Source: an uncultured Coriobacteriia bacterium | GTDB taxonomy: Bacteria > Actinomycetota > Coriobacteriia > Coriobacteriales > QAMH01 | Assembly: GCA_902475535.1 (NCBI GenBank) | Contig: CABRZR010000008.1 | Location: 12,217 to 76,216, forward strand | Length of the DNA: 64,000 bases | Direction of reading: 5' to 3' | Shown: positions 46,686-58,700 of the stretch, in pieces | How positions within the stretch are numbered: the first letter of the stretch is position 1 | Layout of the letters: each line of letters begins with the position of its first letter | Position numbers and translations under genes: made by a program | Notes under the pieces: model-generated | Told to the model about the DNA's origin: nothing | The model's database searches: none | Seen by the model: the letters and a program-made list of their open reading frames with translations, nothing else

Positions 46686-46717
46686 GCGCATGCCGGTGAG
46701 TGAGGAAAGTAATACGA

Positions 46718-49700
46718 ATGATCCAAAGCAACGAAAATATCTTTCGCGATGCACGTGCGTTACGCGCGCGTGCGCGCGTTATATATATGGTCGTTGCAGC
46801 GATCTTCCTCAGTCTCACCATTTCGGCAATTTCCGCCACGGTTTTCACCCCCGCCGCTTTTGCAGACGATACGCTCCTGGTTGCCCAAAGCGCCACGAGC
46901 GATGATGCTGTAAACGCGGGCGCGGATGATTCCGCCGGCACTCCTGTTGACCAGGCGATTCCTGGCGCGGAAGGTGGAGATTTCTCGACTCCGCTCACCG
47001 CGTTCGCTTCGCCCGAAATGGCAGGGGAGGGCGCTGTTGCCGAAAATGGCGCGGAAGACTTCTCCGAAGATGCTTCTGACCAGCAGATTTCTGGCGCGGA
47101 AGATCAGTCCGGGGAGCCGCTGAACGGCGAGGGCCAGCCTACCGAGAATTCGGCCGAGGAGACGGCCGACGAAGATCCCGCCGTCACGGAGAACGTCGAG
47201 AATCCCACCCCCGAAGAAACCACTACCGTTGAGGAGGAGACCACTCCCGACCAGGTCGACGTGCCTGGCGTCGAGGAGCCCGAGGAACCGAACGCCGGGG
47301 TCTATGGCCCGGTGCGTTATCTGGCCGCTGCATCTGCCCCGGTCATTGCGCCTGCTGCAGGCACCAATGCATTCTCGGACAACGCAAACATCACCTGGGA
47401 GTACAAGAATCATGTGCTGACGATCACCGCCGGTGGCAGTGACAAGCAGCTCACGACTTCCCTGACCGGATCGAACCTGCCCTGGCTTACCTCGACGACG
47501 AGCGCTGTCAGCCGTGCCGACATCCATAGTATTAAGTTCGTGGCCAATGGCTCGGGTGGCAAGGTCGCCCCGCTGGACCTGACGAGCTGGTTTGCTGATT
47601 ACACGGCACTCACCACCATCGACGTGACCAATCTGGACGTCTCCAAGGCCGTGAGCTTCGACAAGATGTTCCAGAACGCGAAGGTGCTCACCACCATTAC
47701 GGGTATGGAGACCTGGAAGACCGACAGCGGCATCTCGTTCCAGGACATGTTTGCCAACGTCGAGAAGCTCGAGACCCTCGACCTTTCGGGAGTCTATACT
47801 GCGACAGGTTCCGGCAGCAATGTTGCTGACGGTACCGAGAAGAATAGGCTCGACATGTTGGCCGGCATGAAGTCCTTGCGCACCATTACATTGCATCCTG
47901 ACACCGCGCTGACCGATACGGGCATCGAACGCATCTCCTCGCGCAATGACGACCTCGGTTACTGGATGGCCACGCGCGTCGTCCAGGGCGAGATCAACGT
48001 CTGGCAGGGCAAGCCCTCCGAGCTGATCCAGCGCTGGGGTACCAACGGTGCGGCGGACAACGGCCTCAAGGCGAACTTCACCCTCAACTTCTTCCCCGAG
48101 GGTTACTTCACTAGTAATAGTGCAATCAAGTGGTCCTACAACTGGAATCGCAAGACGCTCGAGATCGAGCTTGATCCGAGCATCGCTCATACGGACTTCG
48201 CCGTCACCGAGACCGCCAGCCAGCTGCCCTGGCTGCGTGCCGTTCCGAGCGACCTCATCAACATCATCACCTTCCACGAGACGATCGACGGCACTAATAC
48301 ATATAAGATGGTTGCACCCGCATCGATTGCGAACTGGTTTGCCGACTACGTCAACCTGAGCGTCTTCAGGGGTTCCGGCCTCGATGTCAGCAACGTCACG
48401 GACTTCAGCGGTCTGTTCAAGGGCTGCATCAACGCCGCGAACATCGACATGACGGGTTGGGTCATGGGCGCGTCGGCAAACATCTCCGAGATGCTCGGGG
48501 ACTGCCGCTCGCTCAAGACCATCACCGTCTCGGATACCACGCGCATTGCCGGTGCCGGCCTGCTCAACATCTCGTCGATGAACAAGGCCAACGGCGTCTG
48601 GGAGCGCTACGACGACAAGGGCAAGGTCAAGGATCCCTGGTTTGGCACGACCGACAACCTCGAGCGTCGTTACAACGGCACCATCCTGGGCGCTGCCCAC
48701 GGCGATGCCACCTATCGTTTCAACACCATCCTGCGTGGCGGTCGTTTTGACAACGACAACACCTGGTGGAAGTTCGACAACGTCAACAACATCCTTTCCA
48801 TCGGTGCCGACGATGATGAGGATGGCGAGACTCTGGGCAAGCTCATCAGCGAGACCGCCAGCGCCAACGGCACCCGTTACATGCCGTGGCTCGAGCAGGT
48901 CGATGGTCAGCCCATCGTCACGATACGCAACGTGGAGCTGATCAAGACCTATAACGGTGCCCAGCCTGCTGACATGTCCTATTGGTTCAAGGACTTCGTG
49001 AAGCTCTTCGACTTTGACGGTACCAGTCTGGACACGAGCCAGTGCGTTGGGTTCACGGGCCTGTTCATGAACGATGTCAATCTTGGTGGCATCAACAATG
49101 GCGTTCTCGACATCAGCTCCTTTGACATGAGCCACAGCATGAGCGCCAATCGCGCCGACATGTTCAAGGGTGTCAACAAGTTGCTTAATATCAAGCTGGG
49201 CCCCAAGGTGCAGCTCATCGGCTCCGGTCTGGACAAGCTCGACCTCCATGACCAGACGAGTGGTACCTGGGTGCGCAAGGGCTCCGATACCGACTACTGG
49301 ATCGGCACCTCCGCCAGCTTGCTGAATCGCTACGGCAACGCCGCTTCCGAGGGCGCCGCCCTGGGCGAGGCCGCACTCTACTTCTGGGATGTCACGTTGC
49401 TGCGCAACGTCTTCCAGTCCAATGGCAACATCTGGTGGGAGTATGACTCCGATGCCGCAATGCTGCGCATCGGTGCCACCAACCCGAGTGGCAACGTCAC
49501 CATCACCGAGCGCCCCGACCCCGTCAACGTGCAGAACGACCAGCCTTGGCTGCTCGTCATCGGCAAGGCCGCCGGTAGCGGCGAGCCCGCCCGTGCCCTG
49601 GGCCGCTCCTCGATTCGCTATATCGTCTTCGAGGACAAGCTCCACATGCTGTATCCGGCCGACTGGTTCAAGGACTACGTCAATCTCGAGAACCTGCGCT

Positions 49701-52700
49701 TTGCCAAGGGCATGGACTTCACGGGTGCCACGAGCCTCGCGAACTTCTGCGCCAATTGCACGGCAATGCACACCATCTCGGGTATGGGCAACTTCACTAA
49801 TACTACGGGGATCACCTCCGTGGCCCATATGTTCGATGGCACGAGGTTTGCCACCTTGGCCGGCGTCGATGTCTTCGACACTTCCAACGTGACGGACTTC
49901 AGCTACTTCCTCGCCAACAACACGGTACTGCGCACCTTCGACAAGGCCGCAGCCTGGAACACCTCCAAGGGCACCAACTTCAGCTACTTCTTCTACAACA
50001 ACCGCTCCCTGTCCACGCTCGACATCTCCGGTTGGGACATGAGCAAGGCGACGACCGCGAGCTCGCGCGAGAACTTCCTCGCAGGTCTCAATTCGCTCGA
50101 GATGCTGTTCCTGGGCGACAAGATCATCCTGACCAATTCTGGTCTGGGCGACGCCACGCTCGCCCCGGATCGTGCCCAGGACAAGGGCAGCTTCCAAGCC
50201 AGCACCTTCGATCCCTCGACGGCCACCAATGCCAGCGTGACCCACAAGTGGCTTGGCCCCTCGGCCGACCTCGAGCGCCGCTATCCGGTCACCAGCCGCA
50301 ACTACGGGAGCAACTTCCTCTACGAGTGGAGGGCCCGTAACTACTCCGGCCGCTTCAGCGATGCCAACGGCGGTGACATGGCCTGGTGGAAGTACGATGC
50401 CGTCACGGGCATGCTGACCGTGGGCACCGACACCACCAATCCCATCCAGCTCGCCCTTGACCCGACCGAGGCCGAGGCCGCCTGGATTCCCGTCATCGAC
50501 GCCATCTACGAGGCCGAGAACCAGTACGACGGCCTGGCCAACGTCAAGTCCTTCGTCGCCGAGGCCCTCAACGGTAACCCGACCATCCGCCTGTCGGCCT
50601 GGAGTCTCGCGAACCTCTTCGCCACCTATTACACCGGGCTCACGAGCTTCAACGGCGCGGGTCTGGCAACGGACCTCGTGATCAGCCTCGCCTCCATGTT
50701 CGAGGGCTGCGACTCGCTCGTCAGCTTCACCGGCGTGGAGAACTGGGACACGGGCAAGGTCACCACCGTAAACTCCATGTTCAAGGACACCAAGAGCGCC
50801 ATCCAGATCGAGGGCACCCAGAACTGGAACACTTCGGCGGTCACCGACTTCTCCTCGATGTTCGAGAACGCCACCGGTGTCGAGAGCATCCTCAACATCG
50901 GCACCTGGGACGTCTCGGCGGGCACGACCTTCGAGAACATGTTCAATGGTGCCACGAGCCTCAAGTACCTCAACATTGCCTTTACCCCGGCTGCCGGTGG
51001 TCACATGAACGTCGCGGCCAACCGCAACGGCATGCTCGCCAACGCACCGGCCATCCTCGAGCTCACGGTCGGCAACAACTCCTACCTGGCCGACACGGGC
51101 ATCGATGACAACCACAAGTCGTCGCGCGGCTCCTGGGAGCGTCGCGACGAGTCGTTCACCATCGTGTGGTTTGGCACGACGAAGAACCTCATGGTGCGCT
51201 ATCCGGTGTCTGACCCGGCAAGCGACCTGGGCGTCGTCAAGTACACCTGGGAAGAGGGCACGCTGCGCGGTCGCTTCACCAACGAGAACGCCTGGTGGCA
51301 GTTCACCTACACCGATGACGAGAAGACCCATGGTGACCTCATAATCGGCCTCATCGACACGAGCACCGGTGCCGACCACGTCATTACCGAGACGGCTGCC
51401 GAGCTGCCCTGGGCCGACGCCTTTGGCGACAACAGGGTTTCGGCCATCACGATGCAAAACGGCGTCACCTTCGTGGGCAACAACCTCGAGGGTTGGTTCG
51501 AGAACTACACCGCGCTCGAGCACTTCGATGGCACCAGCATGAACGTCAGCGGCGCCACGAGTCTCGCCAACCTCTTCAAGGGCGATGACAAGCTCATCGT
51601 CGTCGAGGGCCTCTCCAACTGGAGCGTCCACAACGTGCTCAGCTATGACTCGATGTTCGAGGGCTGCGCATCGGTCACCTCCATCGACGTCCACGGCTGG
51701 GAAATGAACGTCAACGCCACGCGCGTCAACATGTTCAAGGGCCTCGATTCCATCATCTCGCTGTACCTCGGCCAGTACATCAGCCTCGAGGGCACCGCGC
51801 TGTTCGATTCCGACACGCGCAACGCCACCATGGGCTCCTGGATGCGCGCCACCAAGGACGCGGACGCCGTGCTCTATGCCGATGATCCCTGGTTTGGCAG
51901 CTCCGATGACCTCGTACGCCGTTACGAGAACCCTGCCGGCAACGACCACGGCTGGAAGAACACCGACACCTATGGTGCCTACTATTACTGGCAGACCGGC
52001 GTGTTCCGCGGCCGCTTTGGCGAGAACGACAACGCCTGGTGGTCCTATGACCGCGGCACGCTGACCTTTGGCATGGACCTGCCCGAGGTGTGGTCGAGCG
52101 AGAACACCGTCGAGCCCGTCGTGACCGACCGCTCCATCTACGAGGCCGACACCATCGACCATGAGACCGGCAAGGTCGTCAAGGGCGAGCACAGCTCGCA
52201 GCTGCCTTGGGAAAAGGCCTCGAGCGTGGACGGCATGTTCAACGCCTGGACCGACGTGGTCTCCGTCACGGCGCAAACCACCGAGTACAACGGTGTCACC
52301 TACAAGATCAACCCGCGCAACCTCTCCTTCTGGTTCAAGGACTACAAGGGCCTCAAGAGCTTTGATGGCGTCAACATCAACATGAAGTCCGACGAGCAGT
52401 CCTTCGAGTCGCTGTTCGAGGGCTGCACGAGCCTCGCCGTCCTCAACTTCTCCGGTTGGGAATGGGATGGCGACATGGAGCGCACCAACATGCTCGCCAA
52501 CCTGCCGGCGCTCTCCAGCCTCACCATCAAGCGCGTCGTGCTCGAGGGCACGGGCCTGGGCCTCGATGTGAACGGCAAGGAGCTTGCCGCCCGCGCCGCC
52601 AACGTGGGCCGTTGGGTCATGGACAACAACATCGTCCATGACGTGCCGTGGTTTGGCCCCACCGCCAAGCTCGTGAGCCGCTACGACGTGATCCTGTCCG

Positions 52701-55700
52701 TCGCCATCGACGACGAGCACCTGTACACCTGGGACTCCAAGTACGCCGGTAGCCGCGTGGACAACAACCCCAATGCCTGGTGGATCTTCTCGCTGGTCGA
52801 TGACGAGGAGAACGACGTCAAGAAGGGCACGCTCATCATGGGGTCGGATGCCAGCGAGGATCGCGACATCCACAAGTCCGGTACGGCCACCTTGGTGGAC
52901 GGCAAGATGGAGTACAGCGGCTCCACCCTGCAGTGGGCGCTGTCGCCGGGCACCACGGTCGTCAAGACCGGCACCCTCGACAACATCGTCGAGATCACCG
53001 AGGACCTCATTGCCGGCATCCCCAACATTGCGGCTGTCAAGCATGTCAGCACCTTCTCGACTCTGGTTCCGCAGGACACGATGCTCGGCTGGTTTGCCAA
53101 CATGGTGAACCTCGAGAGCTTCGACGGCACCTTCCTGGACGTCTCCCATGTCACCAACTTCAACGGCCTGTTTGCCGGCTGCAAGAAGCTCGCCTACGTC
53201 AAGATCGGCAACTGGATCATGCATGATGCCGGCCGCGATGCCGACGTCACCGACATGTTCCGTGACTGCCAGTCGCTCTACAAGCTCACCGTGGGCAAGG
53301 GCGTCGTGCTCTCGCAGGCTTCCGGCCTCAGCGAGACGCTGACGAATCGCGAGCCCGACAAGGGCACCTGGATCTACAACCTGTGGTTTGGCTCCTCGAG
53401 CGACCTGGCCGACGACTACACCAACGCCGGTGTCTCGAGCGCGGCCGACGCCCTCTACACCAGCGGCTCGGTCGTCTCGACCGAGATCACCTACACCTGG
53501 GACGAGGGTAACCTGGGTGGCCGCTTCCCGAGCAACCCCAACGTCTGGTGGCGCTACACGGGCGTCGTGCGCGACGGCATGGTCGGCCTGCGCGTGGGCC
53601 TGCTGCGCATCGGCAGTGACTCCGAGGACAACAACGCCATCACCGAGACCTCCGTGCAGCTGCCCTGGCGCAAGCTGCTCAAGAACGTGAACACCATCAC
53701 CGAGGTGCGCACTGCCGCCGACGGCAGCTATCCCGTCTCGGTCAAGGACCTCTCCGGTTGGTTTGGCACCTACCTGGCCGCCGACAACTCGACCCGCGCC
53801 CATACGGGCCTGGACACCTTCAAGGGCGAGGGCTTCATCCTGGACAAGCCCGGTAACGAGTGCATCAGCCTCGAGAGCATGTTCGATGGCGCGAACAAGC
53901 TTGCCAAGGCCACGGGTATGGAGCACTGGAAGACCTCGACCGTGCGCAGCTACGTGCGCATGTTCTATGCCTGCTACGTGCTCTACGACCTGGACATCCA
54001 GGATTGGGACATGACCACGGCGCACATCCAGAACACGCCCACCACTCAGGACATGTTCCATGGCATGGGAACCTACCAGATGAAGCTCAACAGCTTGACG
54101 CTTGGTCCCAATGCCGTGCTCGAAGGCACCAACCTGTGCAAGCTCGTCGATTCCCAGCAGGGTGGTCGCACCTTCCACAACACCGGTGACGGCGTGTGGG
54201 TCATGGGCGATGCCCTCAATTCCGATGCCATCACCGGCGATACCGACACGCCGTGGTGGGACACCACCGAAGCTTTCATCGCCCGTTATGCTCTCGACAA
54301 GACCGCTCAGAGGACCGCGGCTTCTATTGCATCGCCCACCGTGGCCGCTACCGTGGCTCCGCCTGCTGATCTCATCCACAAGTACGTCTGGAATGCAGGC
54401 ATGCTTGGCGGCAATTTTGAGAGCAACGCCAACGTGTGGTGGAAGATTGACCAGGAAACGCGTGATCTCACCATTGGCGTGCACAACAAGGACCTTTGCA
54501 ACGTGGTGACTGAGTACAACCACCTCGTCGATGGCAAGGTTGTCGACGGCTATAAACAGTACATGACTCCGTGGTACAAGATCGGCGCCGCCATCTCCAG
54601 CTTCAAGGTCGATACGAAGAACGGCAAGGTCGCTCCGCTCTCGCTCGAGGGCTGGTTCGACGAGGATTGCCTCTTCCAGGAAGGTGGTCTGGGGGGCCTG
54701 CTCGGCACTCATGCCTGGAACGCCAACAACGTCATGGACGAGTGGCAGCGCTACGTAAACGAGATGTGGATTGACCTCGATTACGAGTCCACTGCTCAGG
54801 GCGTCAAGCCGTCCGATGGCTACAACATGACCGATTCCGTGCGTCCCTACTGGGAGAGCTGGAAGTGCTTCATCGCTGCCTGGGAGTATGGTGGAAATCG
54901 CTGGGAGGGCGATGCATATAACCCCTGCGTCGAGAAGATCTTCACGCCCGTGTACCTCGAGGCCGGCGAGACTTACTATCTCTCGCTCGACTACACCATG
55001 ACCTACTATTACTGGGGCGCGGGCAACTTCGGTTTCGAGATCTACGATAACGTCGTTCCGCGTACGGGCTCGAGCCGCCTTGCCGGTGTCGTGTTCCCCA
55101 ACTACGAGTACATGAACAATACCGAGCTCAGGCACGGTTACGTCACCTACACGGCTCGCAGGACCGGCATCCACTACGTGGGCTTCAACGGCCAGAACTT
55201 CCATTGCTACAATGGTGATTGGACCTTCACCTTCAAGGACCTCTCCCTGGCCAAGTACACGAAGTTCACCTATTTCGATGGCTCGGGCCTGGACACGACC
55301 AACACCACGTCCACGGAACGCATGTTCAACAACGCCGTGTTCCTGCGTGACATCATCGGCGTCGACGATTGGGACACCACGCGCGTCACCACCATGCAGT
55401 CCACCTTCCGCAACACCAAGGTGCTCACGACGCTCGACTCCATCAAGGAGTGGAATGTCTCCAACGTCGTCAACTTCAGCCGTATGTTCGAGGGCATGCA
55501 GTCCATGGACGCTACGCTCAACCTCGACTGGGTCACCACCTCGGCCGAGGACCTGAGCTACATGTTCCTTAACAACACCTTCGTCCCCAACACCAACTAC
55601 CTCAAGCTGTGGGACGTCTCCAAGGTCACCAATTACACGGGCATGTTCAAGAACGCTTCGGCGCTCGAGGACGCGGCCGCCATCTCCGACTGGCGTCTGG

Positions 55701-58700
55701 GCATCGACGTCACGAGCGACCTCACCGAGATGTTCATGAACACGCCGGCGCTCGTCGCCATCGACACACGCGGCTGGAACCTGGGCAGCCCCACCATCAT
55801 CGACCGCATGCTCTGCAACGCCACGGCCCTGCGCTCCATGGCCTTTGGCGTCACCACCTCGCTCAAGGGCGCTTACCTGGGCCTCAACGAGGAAGGCAAG
55901 CAGTTCCCCTCGCGCAATGCCCGCGCCGGTGGTTGGATACGCCTCAACGCCTCCAAGGATTGGTTCGGCTCCACGGCCGACGTCGCGGCCCTGTACCCGA
56001 CGCTCAACTGGGGCGACACGGTCGAAGGCCCCTACACCTACATCTGGACCGACGAGCAGACCGGCGGCAACTCCTTCCCCAGCAACGAGTACGCCTGGTG
56101 GAAGTACATGAAGGACTCCAAGACCCTCATCATCGGCATCGACGAGGAGAAGGCCAATAACCCCGACTTCGTCAACTACCACACCTGGGTCACCGAGACC
56201 TTCGAGGAGCTGCCCTGGTTCGTCTCCGAGGACGGCACCGAGAACCTCATCTACACCCCCGAGGAGATCGAGAACGTGCAGTTCGTCTCCAACGTGCACG
56301 TGATCAACCCCTCGCGCTGGTTTGCCGGCTACGTGAACCTGCACTCGGCCGACCTCTCCGGCATGCGCATCGACCTGGCCGGTGACATCTCCGGCCTGTT
56401 CGATGGCGACGTCAAGCTCCAGAGCGTCATCGGCTTGGACGACTGGTACAACGAGATCGGTGCTGCCACGGATGCCGCCATCGACGAGGCCAACCTCACG
56501 CTGCCCACCGACAAGCAGCTCGTGAAGGACGACACGATCATCACGTCCTTCGAGAACCTCTTCAAGGACAATACGCTGCTGCGCGAGCTCGAGACGCTCG
56601 AGAACTGGGACGTCTCCACGGTCACCAACATGGCCGGCATGTTCTGGGGTGCCGCCACGCTCAACGACATCTCGCAGCTCAACAACTGGACGACCGCGCA
56701 GGTCACGACCATGGAGAACATGTTCCGCGGCATGCTCAAGCTGCGCAAGGTCGATGCCGTCGTCAACTGGGACACCTCGTCGTGCGCCAACTTCGACGGT
56801 ATGTTCCAGGATTGCAAGACCGTCGTCTCGGTGGACCTCACGAGCCCCAACTGGAACACGGACGCGGCCATCTTCCCCAACGGCGACGGCACCAACCGCC
56901 TGCAGGCCATCAACATGCTCGCGGGCATGGATGCCCTCAAGTTCCTCTACGTGAAGCCCACGACCATCCTCACGGGCACGGGCTTGGAGAAGTCCGACAC
57001 GCATGAGGGCCGCGATGGCCGTTGGACCCTGCAGACCATCAATGGCTACGTGCCGTGGTGGGGTAGCGCCACCGACCTCGTGGAGCGCTATCCGATGGAG
57101 TACAACCCCGAGCTCGACCCGTTTGGCGGCCCCGACGGCATGAACCTCACCTACCGCTTCGAGTTTGGCAAGCCGGGCGGCCGCTTCGAGAGCAACAAGT
57201 TCGGCTGGTGGTACTTCGACAACGATCCCGAGTCCGAAACCTACAAGACGCTCGTCATCGGCGTTGACACCGAGTGGGTGCAGGTCACGGTCACCAAGGA
57301 TGGCTCCGGCAACAAGAGCTTCAGCTACACGAAGGTGCCCGTCGATAACTTCGTCGTGACCGAGACCGCCGACTATCTGCCGTGGCTCACGCCGGCATCC
57401 GGCGCCATCGAGCTCACGCCCGAGGCGGCCCGTCCGCTCATCGAGCATATCTCCTTCAACAACAACGGCATCACGCCGACGGACATCTCGCGTTGGTTCT
57501 ACGGGCTCACAAACCTCAAGGACGCCGACCTAGCCGGTGTCGAGATGAGCCAGACGCGCTCTATCGCCGGCCTCTTCGAAGGCGACGCCAAGCTCGAGAC
57601 GCTCAACACGGGCAATAAGGGCCAGCGCTGGGCCGCCATGCCCAATGTCACGACTGCCGCCTCCATGTTCAAGGGCTGCGCGATGCTCGGTGCCGTCACG
57701 GGCATGGAATACTGGGATATGGCCCAGGTGCTCAACTTCTCGTCCATGTTCCAGGGCTGCACCGTGTTGCCCAACCGCATGATCGAGCAGGCGGGCAAGT
57801 GGCAACTCAACACCGATACCGCCACCACTGTGAGCATGGCCAACATGTTCCAGAGCTGTGCCACCATCACCACCCTCGACGGCCTGCTCGACTGGAACAC
57901 GAGCCGCGTCAACACCTTTGCCTACATGTTCGAGAACTGCGCCTCGCTGCTCTATGCCAACGGCGTGCGCAATTGGACCACCGACATCTGCATGGACTAC
58001 ACGGCCATGTTCCAGGGCGACCGCGCCCTCAAGGAGTTCAACGCCAAGAACTGGGTCGTGGACCGTGGCTGCGCCTACGAGAACACCTTCTACCTGTGTA
58101 TGGATCTCAACCGCTGCGTGCTGGGTGAGGGGTGGTCCACCATCAAGGAACCGACCCGCGTCGATCCGTTCCAGAACATCGTCAATGTCACGCTCGATCC
58201 CGGTCAGTCCTACAGCTGGAAGTTCACCGCCCCGCAGTGGGCCGACGGCTTCTACGTCGAGATCTTCAACTACATCTTCGACAGCCACTATCCGAGCTGC
58301 CCGGCTACTCACGGCTACATCTACGGTGCCGAGAAAGAGGGCATGCCCCTGACGATGTTCTGGACCGACTACAGGCATGGTTCCACGAGCGCTCTTATCG
58401 ATGGCCGCTTCTGCCAGATCGATATCGTCGTGCCCGGTGGCTGCGCTGCTAAGTCCTACATCAACTTCCAGGTGCACTACGTCTATCCCGAGAAGATGAT
58501 CTGGGAGTGCGAGGAGGACCATTGGACCGGCACCTGGGATAACATCAACGAGGGCTTTGACAAGTACCAGGCAACCATGGCCGGCACCTACGTGTGGGGC
58601 GACTTCAAGGCCGGCGCGCGCTTTGACTCCAACGACCGTGCCTGGTGGACCCTCGAGATTCGCGACGACAGCTACGAGCTTGTCATCAGCCTCGACGAGG

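Larger units (their letters stand above)
41760..46700. other. AT-rich, nearly ORF-free island between DUF1846 and the giant gene
   Basis: The 60-nt line starting at 42181 has 12 G/C (20%), against 36/60 in the hisD line starting at 6001. No ORF above 100 aa is present except the RHH/coiled-coil frame and a repeat-derived artefact. Confidence 0.8.

Noticed and set aside
46760-57448. Listed minus-strand ORF of 3,562 aa, the longest ORF in the track
   Set aside because: Its translation is the Arg/Gly/Val/His/Asp/Leu-rich, motif-free sequence typical of the antisense of a high-GC gene. Its codons are exactly in register with the + strand frame that encodes a signal peptide and DUF285/LRR repeats. 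It breaks where the sense strand uses CTA/TTA/TCA codons, for example GAC CTA GCC at about 57530. It is a shadow ORF of the giant + strand gene.
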